From the NCBI GenBank assembly GCA_035084275.1, contig CM068745.1, forward strand, positions 87,792,001 to 87,856,000: a stretch of 64,000 bases of DNA. Direction: 5' to 3'. Positions within the stretch are counted from its first letter, which is position 1. Every line of letters starts with the position of its first letter. The stretch is from Hydrolagus colliei. Its lineage: Eukaryota. Below the pieces are notes generated by a model. The model was not told where the DNA came from and ran no database searches. It saw only the letters and a program-made list of their open reading frames with translations. The position numbers were made by a program, and so were the translations under genes. Of the stretch, positions 22,201 to 35,049 are shown piece after piece.

Positions 22201-25200
22201 AACTCAGGTTACAGAATTCTGAATTAGTTGGAAATGGAGCTGGAAATGAAAGCACCAGAAAAGTTAAATATTAGGAAATTTAATTTTCAACCTAACAAGT
22301 TGTTTAAACATGCAGACATGCAAATTTTCCTCCCTTACCCAGTTTCTGAATGGTGTGCAATATCATAGAATCATAGAATTTTACAGCACAAAAGGAGGCC
22401 ATTCGGTCCATCTAGTCTGTGCTGGCTCTTTGAAAAGAACAACTCAATCCCACTGCCCAGTTTTCTCCCCATAACCTAACAGATCTATTCTCCCTAAATG
22501 TCCTATTGCATTTATGCTCTGTAGTGTCATACTAACTGGAAAGGTGGAGAGCTTAATTACGATGAGTGAAGATAATGATTTCATTCGATGTTGTTCCTTT
22601 ACAATAATATGATCGGCGTCAACAAATAATGGAATAGAAGTAATCTATCCCATAAACCCAATTAGTTGCTACCAACCTCTACTCCCGACTGCAGCTTCTG
22701 AATTAGTTCATGAATATTTTCTCTGGAAACACTGGCATTATTTGAAGACTTTGGATGAGAACCATTCAAAGAGGCTATAAAGTTTGTTGAAGTTTGCTGT
22801 ATAGGATTTTTTTTCGCTACATGTTCCAATTGTTGCTGCTTACATGCATTGTTTGCTGCAATCGCTTCTCCAAGCCTGAAAAGGAATGAAATAGCAATAA
22901 CATTCAGCGTTCTCTGTTTCAAAATCCTCACATGGAAAATGATAGAATTGACATGCTTTCAATATTTTCTCGTAAAACAAGCAGAAATTCAAATGAATAA
23001 TAATCATTAGTTTGCATTTGACACATACATCTGATATGTCTTAGTCTCAAAGTGCTTCACAGAATATATTGTAAAGTGAATTGACTGCTATAAGTATGTC
23101 AGATAAAAGATTCTACCCTCAAAAACTGCATTCAGTCTGACCACTTCTATAATCCATACAAAGGTATTCAAGGTAGAATGCATTTAAAGACATTATACAC
23201 AAGTCTGGAGGTATAACAATCTTAAGACACTTAAGGCGGCTTGGTATCCCACTCATTCGAAAAGGACTTTTAAAAAATCAGGATCCTGGACGCAGTTACT
23301 GATCAATGGTGACATAATGATTAATGCAAGCTTTTGGAACAGCTCAAAAAAAAGTTCAATATACTGCACTATAGAATACAGATCATCTCACAATTACTAC
23401 TAAAATCACGAAGCTCAATGATTCAGAAGCTACTCATTCTAAAAACACACAGTAGAAAATGTGCTTAAAGTTTCTTTTTAAATGTTGTTGGCTGTTTCTG
23501 TAGAGTAATGTACTCCTCAGCAGCTAAATTAGATGCCTCTGCTTCTTATGCAATCACAACACAAAATTAAAATCTTCTCCCTAGGTTACGTAAATCAATA
23601 AAAGTAATAAATTGTAGATTTTAAATTACTTGTACAAAATGTTGTTTCCACTTAATCTACACAAAGATAGAAACAATAAAGACAAAACGATTGATTTTAA
23701 AAACTGGGATTATTTTGCTGTATCCATTAGGTGCAGGAACCATGTTTAAAAAAATCATTAAGAGTATGCATTTTCATTTACAAAAATGTACAAAACATAG
23801 CATTTATTTTGTGTACAATATAGCTGCTTTGGTTAAAGGGGTCATTTTGATCATCACTTACAATACAGCAGGAAATTCAGGTAAAGGCGCTGCCTCAAAC
23901 AAAATCTGTAATCCAAGTTGCACATGTTCTCTGTGCTCTGACGTCAAAGCAAATGACAATGGCGTAATGAGTCGTTGGTCCTGTAAAAATACATAAATTA
24001 TAAACTGCAATAATTTATAACACTAGACATGCTGTATACATTTTTAATGAAAAGTTTATCTTTTCATTTAAATTTACAGACATTTACTTGCTAATGATGT
24101 TCTGGCAAGTGTCAAAATACCATGAAAACCATACACCAGTTTGAATATCTACTATATTTAAAATGCAGCTAAAGAAACATATGTCTTGCAAGCTTCACAA
24201 AATGTGAGTCAAAATATATTACTGTGTATTAATTACACTTTAGTGTACTAGCAGTTTAGCAAGAATAGTAAGAAACACAAAGGCAAAACAATTTTTGCTA
24301 TTTTAATGTCTTTTAATGCCCGAATACCTGCAAAATTGTATAGAAACCTGCTTCCATGTTGGGCACTAATTGGTTGACCCTGTTCATCAGTTGAAGTGTT
24401 TTCAAAATGATATCAGTGCCAGTTTTGCTGTCAAAATGAAACAAGGAAATTGAAATTTACATATTAAAAATAATAGATTAGACAAGAAAACTTTACGATA
24501 GCCTGGCCTCTAAAAATACATTTTATTATAATTCCCAAGCATTAACGCGCCCTACCATCGGTAGCCTAGCTTTCAGCCTCTCTGCTCCCACCCTTTGGAA
24601 CTCCATCCCACAATCCCTTCACCTTGCCTCCTTCAAGAGGCCTTCTGTTCGACTGTTCCTTCAGCCTTCGTCCTACCTTTCTGTCCTCCCTCATCACAAA
24701 CCTGCCCATTCCCCCATGCTTGAGACCTGACCCGACTGTCCAGCGCATTGGGACATCCTCCCAACATGAAAGCCACTCTACAAATGTAATGTTGTTGTTG
24801 TTAACAAATGGGTAGTCTGGGAGCAGTTTACAAAGTTGAAGCATTATACAGTATATGGTTCAAGCATCTATAATGTAACTGTGAAGTAAATGGATTTTCA
24901 GTTCATATATCCTCATGTCATCCTGATCAGCTGATAAGCAGAAGAGACTGATTGTTTAGGAATGGTATATGTTTCCTTCTTGTACCAACATTAAGCAGGC
25001 TTGTGATAAAAAAAAATACATGCAGTTTAGAGCTCCCCCTGCAGTATCAGGGCTAGAATTAATATGTTTGCATTTCTCAGTTTCCATCCTTTTGCTTTCT
25101 GAGCAAGTGTGCTCAATTGTCAGTTAGTGGAACACTGTTCAGGTCTTTGCCATGGATCCCATAAATAGATGGTGACTGTCAACACAACAGTTTAGGAAAA

Positions 25201-28200
25201 AAGCGTAACATCACCTTGTGTAACTTACCATAGCTCTAAATCTACCTTGCTCCCATAGCCAATTTCCATCCTGTTGTGCGTAAACTGATATTCCAGAAGC
25301 GAGATACAGTTGTTCAAAGTCAAAACTTTAGCAACGTGAAGTTTCATTGTATCATCTCCACAAATTAGTAGAAACTGTTAAGGAAGAGAACATCCGCTCT
25401 AACACCCCACTATTTCCTTACTTTCTAATCATAATAGCCTGCAATAATTCTTCACACAGTACCATAACCAGCACTGTAAACAGTAAGTGCAGCATTGATG
25501 TCCTATTTTGTCAAACATTTTGATATTCATAATATTAGTATTTGAAAATTAGGAAACAATACAGAAACAGAGCAGTTTAGATTAACAATACTGCAGTTCA
25601 AAACATGCTAGGAATACTCTGCTGTTAGAATCAAGTGGCTCAGAGACACATAGAGCTGGAACTGATCAGCGACTCATCGTAATGGCACTGGTCGAACACA
25701 GTGAATGAAAAATACCCAAGTTAAGTTATCTGTTCAAAAAGGATATCTAATAGAACATCAATAGTCTTGGCAATTCGATCGTACTTTTTCTTTACAAGTC
25801 CACCCTCGAGAGGATGTTCTGGAATCTGAAACTGTTCCAAGAGAACAGGCAAAAGGAGCTCCAGAAACGGCTGAACTGTAGCCCAAAGAGTAGAATCAAT
25901 CACTTCCTGGATAGAATAAGAATGTAGAGTTACAAAATAAATAGAAAAACACACTTTTTTTTTAAAAAAGGCAATTGGCCTCCAGTTAATTTTAGATCAA
26001 CATCTGATCTTACATTCATTGCAAAAATAAAAATGTAGACATACTATATTCCAACTTAAATCTGATATAATAATAATCCTTAAATTTTATATAGCGCTAT
26101 TAACGTCTTCTAAACATCTCAAAGCACTTCACAGAATATACTGTAAAGTGGATTGACAGTATGTTTGTGGGCGAAATGCAACACAATTAAAAGTTATCAA
26201 AGGTAGAGCATTACTCAAAAAAATTGATTTAATTATGTAAAAGGGGTGCTTTTTTCCTTTAAAATACACTGTGGTGATTTTCGTACTTTATTGTGCATTC
26301 TTCAGATCTGAAACTAATATACATTTTTTAAACTTGTATTTCATATAGAGCCTACCACATCTGAAGAACCATTCAAAGCACTTCACAGCATATACTGTAA
26401 AGTGTATTGACCTCATATTTTGTAGATAAATACCACGGCCAATTTGCATACAGCAATGTCCCCCAAAGAGGCTTAATTATTAGGTGAGGCATATGACTAA
26501 TTTTCTCTGAGAGAGTGTTGGTCAAGGTAGTGGAAGAAGTTTATGGCATCTTTAATGTCTACCTAAACAGGCAAATGGGATCTTCGTTTAATGCATCATC
26601 GAAGTGCACTTCTAAGTCACAGTACACTAAAATCAGCAATATACGTCTACAATAACAACTTGCATTTATTCTTCACATAGAATACCTTCTCAAAGGATTT
26701 AACATCTAGAATTCAAACATATCTTCTACTTGGTTGACTGAATTCTTTGTCTACCAGCAATTGTACAGCTATATGAACATTAGCTTTCAACTTATTCACA
26801 TTGGAACATTCTAAGACTGTACCTCAAATACCTCCTTGAGAAGTACCAGGGCCAACAATGAGCAACTCTCAGGAGTTTCCAGCGGTTGACTGGACCAATG
26901 GATAAGGCTAATGATTGGCTCTGAAGATTTAACTTGTGGTTTGAGTTTAGTTGCTGTAGGTGATTGCTGCAAGGAGGCCTCAAACATTGTGTGGCATAAT
27001 ATTCGACGGAGACTGGTCACTGAACAGAAAGCAAGTAGTAATTCAAGGATCTGTAAAAAAGGAGTTTAAAGAACAAAATTTCAAACCAGATCTTCTATTG
27101 TTAGATTAGAAGCACAGTAGAATACTATCAATCCTTAATCAGCCTTAATTTTTCTGCATCTATCATTGTATTCCAATAGCTATACACAACTGAATGCAGT
27201 TTAAGAATATTAGGTTCACCAGCAATGTAAAATTATTTTCCAGTGTAGAAATTTCTTGCCACATTTCATCCTATCTCTGCCAGAAAATATACTGGTAATA
27301 ATCTAATATACTTCTAAGTCAACAGAATACTCTTCAACAACCAATAGCAATATTAAAACATAACTCTCTAGACCAATGGAGCCTCCACATGTAAGAATGC
27401 ACTATAATAATACAATACTTGCAATTAATATAGTGCCTTATCACGTCATTGAGACGTCTCAAAGTGCTTCACAAGATATTCTGTAACGTAGACTAAATTT
27501 TAACTTTTATTTAAATAATTATAATAATGATTATGTTGCAATTATACACTTAAAATAATTCACTAAAAATCTTGTACATCAATTAATTAGTTAGTATTTG
27601 TCATCCACATACATACCTTTGTTGCTGAATCTGAGTCTTTGCCATGCAGAAGACCTAGAACTTGGGACAGGCATAAATTAAAGTATTCATATCTAAAATT
27701 GAGAGGAAAAAACAAATTCAATTGAATTCATTTAAACACCAGGAATACTTTTCCACATTTATATTCTGTATAATTTATTGCTACAAACTATATCACGTTA
27801 AATGATTTCTTAATAGAGTTTTCAATACAAACAGATATACTAGAGGCAATAACTTTCAAAATGCACAGCTATGATAGCCAAGTCTTTTGCTAGGCAGTGA
27901 TATTAATGTGAATGTCAAGGTATGTTCAAAGAAGGGGTACAGGGCAAACTTGCACCTTGATATCCATAAGAATGCCAAAATGCACTTGCATCTTTTCAAG
28001 AAACAATCAATTATAGATGTATTAACTTCTGGAGAATTTATGAGAGAAAGAAGCAAAAAATCATCAGGTCCCGATGACATTTTTTGTTAAAACTCGTGGG
28101 CATGAGCAAACTGCTCAAATTAGGCATTTCTAAACCAAAGTTCAAAACAATGTGGAGAGAAAAAGAAATGAAATATAAATTTATCCTCCCTATGTTTAGT

Positions 28201-31200
28201 GAGTCAACACTAAACATTAAGTCAAATGCCTAAAAGACATACCCTTGGCTACATTAAATAACAATTTAGTGGACAGGCTATATGGCTTGCCTTTTGAGAA
28301 AAGGGTTCACAGTTGTGAGATTCACGCTGTTAGACCGACAAAGCTTGTTTTACCTTTGAAGATAATCTGCCATCTTTGGATTTCTGAGAAGATCCACTAG
28401 CAGATCAACGGTATAGTTTCTGGTCAGTGTTCCATCTCCATTAATCAGAATATTAAATATAAGCTGAAAGGTCTGATGGATATTTTTGGCATGAAATATC
28501 TGTGTTCAAAACAAAAGGAGAATTCACCTTATTTGCAAATCATCACGCTGATTTATAAATGGTCATGGTCCACTCTCCTGGGAAGAGGGTGGGGCTAGCC
28601 TGTTTTTTCTTCTTAATGAGACTTTAGGATAACTATATTAACTAAGATAGCTATTAAAATAATGAAGGTATGAATACTTTTAACTAATATATTGACGTCC
28701 AAATGTAATACAGTATTTGAAAACCAGATGCGTTATATTAATTGTGCCTTGTAGTTGGAGAATATTGGATTGTGAGATTTACAATATGGCAAATTTAAAA
28801 CCAACAAAGTCCAAACAGGACCTGTAAATAAAACCACTGTCAATTTCCCACGGCTGCCCTGCTTTAGAGAGCTTTTTTTCAAAACTTTGCCAGCTTGGAA
28901 GCTTTGGCCTTCATTAATTCCGCAAGAACATATCTGTGAAGTGGGAGTCATTATAAACAAGACAAATACAGTGTGTAAATGTTAAATTTTATAATCTCAC
29001 TATGCATATAACAAATACTGCACATTATTGATTTTCTAAATGATTTCCTTTGTTTCATCGTTTATTTCATTTTTAAATAAACAATGAAACTAATCCTGCA
29101 TTTATATTGCCTATTTGGTGGTGAATTGCTGTGATTATGGCAATTATCCACTGTCAAATATTACATATTTATAAATATTAAAGGATGGTTATTCATTCAG
29201 AGATTCAATTCTATTTATTCCATGCTTTTATAGGAATTTAATTTGTATGCCAATTAGATGAATATATTTTGTCTCAAATGCTGATTTGTTTTAAATATTC
29301 AATGCAGGGTCGGAGGAGAGGGGATGAGGGGGCGGCGTGGTTGGGCTGTTTGTTGTAAGTGCTGAGATTTGGAGCTCCTTGTTTGTCTGTTTAGGTGGAC
29401 ATTAAAGATCCCACAACGGTATTCAAGAATAGAAGAGTATTTCTCCTAATATCCTGACCAACAATCCTCCAGATAAGTATAAACACAGAAATCACTGGGA
29501 CACGCAGCAGGTCAGGCAGCATACAGAGAGAGAGGAAAATTAGATAACTTTTCAGATCTATGAACCATTCTACAGAATTGGTGGATGTTGGAAGGGAGAA
29601 GATTATATGGAGAAGCAGAGAAGGAGGGTGCGGGGAAAGAGAGACAAAGGAAACATTTTTAGAAGGAGGACAGAAAATCATGAGATTAGAGGTGTTGATG
29701 GTGCAAGACAAAAGGCAATAAGGAGATTATAAACAAACAGACATGTCTAAAAACCAGAGGATGTGTTAATAATAATAATAATCCTTGCATACAGCGTTTT
29801 TCACGTCTTCTAGACACCTCAAACCTTTACAGAATAAACTGCAAAGCGAAACGACTGTGTATTTGTAGGCGTAACCCGGCAGCCAATTGCACAAACAGCC
29901 ATGGATTGAAATGACCATTTTATTATTGGGGGTTTTCCGAGGGATTATGATCAGGCATGTGGAGTAAGAAAACTTGCCCAAGGTTTCACGTTGCTTGGAA
30001 TTGAAATTTGCAAGGCGAGTGCTCTAACCACTGAGCTATAGATACCTACACTAATGGTTATACAAGAGGGGGAGTGGGGGGAGAGGCAAGGCTGAGAGAA
30101 GATTGGAGCTATGGTTAAGATCTGAAGTGGTTAAATCAACATTGAACGCAGAGGACTCTAAGGAGCTCAGGAGGTGGATGAAGTGCTGTTCTTCTGAGCT
30201 TCATTAGAACAGTGTAGGAGGCCATGGATAGAGAGGTCACAGTGGGAGTGGAAAGGAGAATTAAATGGCAAGCAACCCGAGGCTCAGGGTTGCACTTACT
30301 GAAGGAACGGAGGTGTTCTACAAAGCGATCAACCTATCTGCGATTGGTCTCCCCGATGTAGAGGGGACCACACCGTGAGCAGCGAATACAGTGCTTTCGA
30401 TGTACCTCCTTCACCCCGTCCTCCACCCTCCCCAATCCTTATCCCAGCTCGGATCCAGAATACTGTCTGTCCAACATCCTGGGACGTCCTCTCTTGATGT
30501 GAAAGGCGCCATACAAACTTAATTTGTTTTTGTGGGAACATATTCAAGTAATACTCTAATAATGGTTGTTTGAAGGAGTGGGAAAGGAGAATCAAGAATC
30601 AGATAAAGAAGCCTTATCAGATCCTACCTTCTTGCCAACCTCTTCATTTAGCGTTAGACTTGCCAGTATCGATATTGCAAAAACCACCGTAGTCAAACTG
30701 CTGTGACCTAAAAATCTAATCAGAGTCCGGTAAAATCCTTTTATGTCATTCTGTGGGAAAGACAAAAGAAGATAAGAAAACACAAACAATCTTCCACCTT
30801 AAGTAATTTAGATAATAATAAAAATGATAAAATTATTAAGTAGATAAAAATCTATTACTACAACCAGATTTATTATTAACATCTTACCAAAGATTTGATA
30901 TGAGTTTGAACAGCAACATTGCGACGACAAAGATTTGCCATTAATCCTAAACATGACATTGTTATCTCATCCTCTGGTGCTTGACTATAAATTAAAAACA
31001 TAAATGTTAATCAACCTCAATTAGCTAACTTGGAACAGATTTCAATATTGTGCAAATTGCCAGAGAATTAAGCAGATTGATTTTTCAAGATTCAAAACGT
31101 GCATCTCTCGTCTGATATTATTACCACAACAAATTAGATATGAAAAGAGCCTTTCACATTGTGTGGACATCCCAAGATGTTAGACAGACAGTATTTCAGA

Positions 31201-34200
31201 CCCAAGCTGGGGGTCGGGATTGGGGAGTGTGGTGGTGGGGGGGTAGAGGTTGATCGAAAGCATGGTCAAAGAGGGTCTTGAGGTGGGTCTTGAAGGAGGC
31301 AAGGGATGGAACAAGGTAAAGGTACTGCAAGATTGAGTTCCAGAGGGTGGGGCCACAATCGCTGAAGGTGGAACTGCCGAGGCAGCAGACGTGAAGCAGG
31401 GAGGAGCCGGCTGAGCGGAGGGAATGGACAGGTTGGTAGGGGTTTAGGAGGTCATAGAGGTAGGGGGAAGCGAGGCCTTGAAGGGCTTTGAAGTTGAGGA
31501 CCAGGATCTTGAACTGTATCCTCTGTGTGATAGGAAGCCAGTGGAGTCGGGCGAGGATGGGGGTGATAGGGTCACGGAACTAGGTGCAGGAGAGGACACG
31601 GGCTGCAGAGTTCTGGGTGATCTGAAGTCTGTGGAGGGAGGAATTGAGGAAATCGACAAGCAAGTAGTTTGCATAAACAAGCCTGGATTCTACGAATGCA
31701 TGTATGAGTTTCGGCAGCCTGAGGTGTGAGACAGTGGAGGAGTCAGGCAATGTTGCAGACTAGGGGGAAGGCATAGTAGATTATGGCACAGTTGTGCAGT
31801 AGAAAAGATAGTTGAGGATCAAACAAGGTGCCGAGGTTCCGGATTGACATAATGAGATGGACTGTGCGTCCATGGATAGTGATGCTGTCTGCGCCTGAGG
31901 TTTGGAGGCAGTGATGGAAGCCAATTAGCAGGGCAACTGTTTTGTTGACATTCAACAGATGAAAGTTAATTCTCATCAAGGACATTCTGTCAAGAGAGCA
32001 GTGGTCCTGGAGTCAAGGGTGAACTTAGAGAGATAAAGTTGAGTATCATCCGCATACATGTGGAAGTTAACCTGATGTCTGCGGATGATGTCACCAAGAG
32101 GTAGCATATATAGCTGTTGGACGGAGCCCTGAGGAATGCTGCAGAAGACGGTGCGGGGCTAGAGGAGAAACCATTTGTGGAGATAAAGTGGAAGTGGTAT
32201 GAGAGGTACAAACTGAACCATTCAAGGACAGAATCATGAAGGTTGAGGTGAGAGGATAAGCTGTTGGTGAGGGTAGAGTGGTCAACGATATCCAGAGGAG
32301 GGATTTGTTCCTAATTGGAGGTGGGGGCATAAATAATGGAATAACAGGTATCATTGCTGTGTAGCTTTAGGTTATTTTGACGCTATAGCTGTATGCAAAG
32401 CTACACAATTCACAAAAAAAAAGTGATTGGTGTAGCTTAATAAGACCAAAGCTATTCAACTTACATATGTTTAATTAGAAATGCAAACAGATCATTAATA
32501 TTTGCACTGCCATGAAAAACTCTGGTGTTGTAAGTTATTCTCTGCAGAAGCTGTATGCTCTGTTGAAGAAGTGAAAAGATGTCAAATTTATTATTGTTCA
32601 AATCAGGCAGATAATATATATTTATATATATCACATACAATAGAAATGTGACAATCAAGCATTAAATAAACAAGGTTGTTGATTTTAAATAAACAAGATT
32701 TATTTAACCTGATGTGGTTAAACTGATCAACTGTCCTAAAATAACTGATCAACCATCCTAAAATAATTGATCAACTGTCCACGCCCAAAGTCCAGCCTGC
32801 TCCATGTCCCCTGTTCAGCCCATGCCAACATTGGCGGTCAGGCCTTCAGCCTCTCTGCCCCATCCTCTGGAACTTACATTCCCTTCAACTCGCTCCCTCC
32901 CTTGACGCCTTTAAAGGATGCGTCAGGACCCTCCACTTTGACCGCGCCTTCGTCCACCCTCCTCGCTTGGGTCTAGATCCCTGACTGTTCAGCGCCTTGG
33001 GACATCCTCCCGAAGGGAAAGGTGCTTTATAAATGTGATTTTATATTGTTTGTAGTATGTCCTCTACAAATTGTCTTTGATCAGTGAATGGAAAATTCCC
33101 TCAGGTGCTTGGGGATTTTTCAAAATGATGAACATTAAAAATGCTTTGTTCAAAATTTCTGGGCCATGCCTTCAAACAGCCCAAGAGCTTTGAAATACCG
33201 AGGGGAATGATTCTCGGTAATGAATCATATAATTCTAGTGAGATTCATGCTGCCTATTCTGAACATTTGCTGCAGAAATTCGAGTGATTCAACATGTAGT
33301 GAAAATAAAAACAAAAATGCAGATTAAAATGAATATTATGCTGCCTTTATCTCCATGTTCCACAGAATCTGAGTTCTTTTTTCCCCAAGAAGAGTAGACT
33401 AAGAACGTTTGGCATAGAACTTTTTTTTTTTTTAAATGAGTTTATTCTGTAAAATTCTCAATGCAAAACACTGTTTCATTACATACTAGAATTTCTCCTT
33501 GCATCAAAATAATTGATTGATTATAATCCATCATACCTGGAGTACAACTTGCTCACCAGGTGTTGCGCTATTATGATGAACCACTGCTGCAAGTGTGCTA
33601 ATCAGGTTATAAATTGTATTCAAAGCCTCTCTGCTCTCATTGTCTGATGCTGTAAAGAAAATAATTATGAAAAAGGTAAGAATTTGAATACGCAATACCA
33701 AGGAATGATCTGACAAAACGCAGGATCACATTTTGTAGGACTGGATCTCAAGCACAGTACTGTATATTAATGATCCTCAAGTATAATGCACCAGAGGAAA
33801 TGTCCTCAGAGTTAAGTTACAATCTCAAGTAATACGCCAGGCACTGATCATAAGATAGGAATCCCTCGTTTTTGGTAACTAACAAGTATGCAGATTAAAA
33901 ATTATAATTACACATAGTTCAGTTTTCAGAAGATTAAAGAAAAAAGTAGTAACAGTTGATCTAACACTGAGTTACTATAATAAAATCATACCTAATTCTG
34001 TGAGTAATCCAATAATCTTCAGAGTTAGGGACACATTTGTGTTAGGATCAGCAATAAGATCTACAAGACTATTCAAACATTCACTTGGCAAACTCTGATT
34101 TGATGCAAACACCATCACCGCTTTCATCCCATAGATCACCTATAGTGAAAAAAAACATTTCTTTTTAAAAACTTCCTGTTAGCAATATTGCATTTTTGTT

Positions 34201-34638
34201 AACAACAGTACAGATAAACAATTATGTAAAACAATATGCTGCTTCCATGTAATAGTGTCCAATTCATATCAATTCAACTTGAGTCAGTTAATTATGTATT
34301 GTTCTATTTCCATTAACTCCTATGGGAGTCTACAACAATCTGGCCCCCTTAATTTAATTTTGATAAGTTCTACATTTAAAAAATATGCTTATTCGCATCA
34401 ATACATCCCAGGTTAGAGATGTGTTTGGAGATGACATTATCAAACCATTCCTACATTATTAAATGCAACTTGTATAAGTTTTCTAGGAATCCACTCCCAA
34501 TACATAGTGTATACAATACAGTGCAAGCATACTTACATCCAATTGTCTCTGGACTTGTGAAGCATTGACTTCTGACTTAACATTTTTATACTGGCTAATA
34601 GCCAACAGCAGAGACTTCATGCAAGTAGTCAAATCCAT
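16232..34638 (-). CDS. CIP2A: CIP2A (KIAA1524), 21 coding exons, 907 aa: 34638-34537, 34139-33992, 33649-33537, 32559-32465, 30984-30888, 30750-30628, 28499-28354, 27692-27617, 27050-26823, 25906-25747, 25367-25229, 24427-24328, 23980-23862, 22875-22677, 22049-21975, 21564-21454, 20994-20798, 19081-18980, 18231-18149, 17837-17698, 16402-16232
   Basis: Exons join in frame (2724 nt). N-terminus [23 protein letters not shown], internal [20 protein letters not shown] and [19 protein letters not shown], and C-terminus [16 protein letters not shown] are colinear with human CIP2A. Confidence 0.97.
16500..16880 (-). mobile_element. L2 fragment in the last CIP2A intron
   Basis: [32 protein letters not shown], an L2 ORF2 C-terminal motif. 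Confidence 0.85.
16890..17026. mobile_element. Truncated copy of the hAT-like MITE found at 44813-45309
   Basis: Shares the gcgcattcgg repeats and the right end atatcgatataaccgatat...gccggacacta. Confidence 0.7.
17167..17492. mobile_element. Tc1/mariner (Tigger/pogo-like) non-autonomous element
   Basis: TIRs cagtaaaacctcgacaatccg / cagattatcgaggttttactg; TA follows the right end, while the left flank is CA. Confidence 0.75.
19247..19882 (+). mobile_element. Putative solo LTR
   Basis: TGT...ACA termini, AATAAA about 70 nt before the end, GC-richer than the flanking intron. No TSD found. Confidence 0.45.
22362..22490 (-). mobile_element. CR1 3' tail fragment
   Basis: (atagaatc)n tail plus ttttacagcacaaaaggaggccattcgg, the same terminus as 51067-51472. 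Confidence 0.8.
25368..25746 (-). other. CIP2A: U12-type AT-AC intron (intron 10 of the CIP2A CDS)
   Basis: 5' splice site |ATATCCTTT, branch point TTCCTTAAC (25385-25377), 3' end ...tttctAC|. Only this junction keeps exons 10 and 11 in frame. Confidence 0.93.
29391..29475 (+). mobile_element. Deu-domain relic of an ancient DeuSINE
   Basis: aggtggacattaaagatcccacaacggtattcaagaatag...cctgaccaaca resembles the Deu core AGGTGGACGTTAAAGATCCCATGGCACTATTCGAAGAAG...CCTGGCCAATA as recalled. Confidence 0.6.
29490..30392 (-). mobile_element. Penelope-like retroelement remnant (GIY-YIG endonuclease end plus 3' terminus), interrupted by a SINE
   Basis: Minus strand reads [28 protein letters not shown] and ends FNVDFNHF-like; terminal cctgacctgctgcgtg block lies near 29500. 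Confidence 0.85.
29765..30040 (-). mobile_element. tRNA-SINE nested in the Penelope remnant
   Basis: Head tagctcagtggttagagcac at 30040, (tta)n tail at 29765. Confidence 0.85.
31140..32330 (-). mobile_element. L2 ORF2 remnant with the RT catalytic motif
   Basis: Minus strand [16 protein letters not shown] near 32030-32075, followed by L2 C-terminal motifs and a 3' end. Confidence 0.85.
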
Positions 34639-35049
34639 TCCTGGGTAAAATAAATTAAATGAAGACAGATTTTATAGCCTTACTTGCTTCTCTCCTACAT
34701 TGAAACTTATTCTTACACTCTTAAAACTTTTTTTAAAAAAAATTCTGACCTTCAGTAATTTGCTTCTGCATTTATTTCTAGCTTTCAGCGCTTTGGACAT
34801 GAAAGGCGCTCTACAAATGTAATTTTGTTGTTGTTGTTGTTATTGTGGTGGTGGTGGTGTGTAGCTTCATGTTACTAATCCTATAAGAAAATGTGACACA
34901 GATCAACACTACACCAAAACAACTATTACGTCTATTTATAACACCCAATTGCTAATGTGTAACGGTACAATCCTCCTCAGTTAATCGTACTCCCCGGTTT
35001 TTTAGCCAACAGCAAATTTTGACACTGGACAATGGTTTTAAAGAGTCCA

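Noticed and set aside
24085-24170. Open minus-strand segment with AG/GT ends as a possible CIP2A exon 12
   Set aside because: No similarity to CIP2A; the real exon 12 is 24427-24328 and keeps the frame.
27887-28090. KKSSGPDD motif suggesting a LINE RT
   Set aside because: Too short and unsupported by neighbouring motifs to call.
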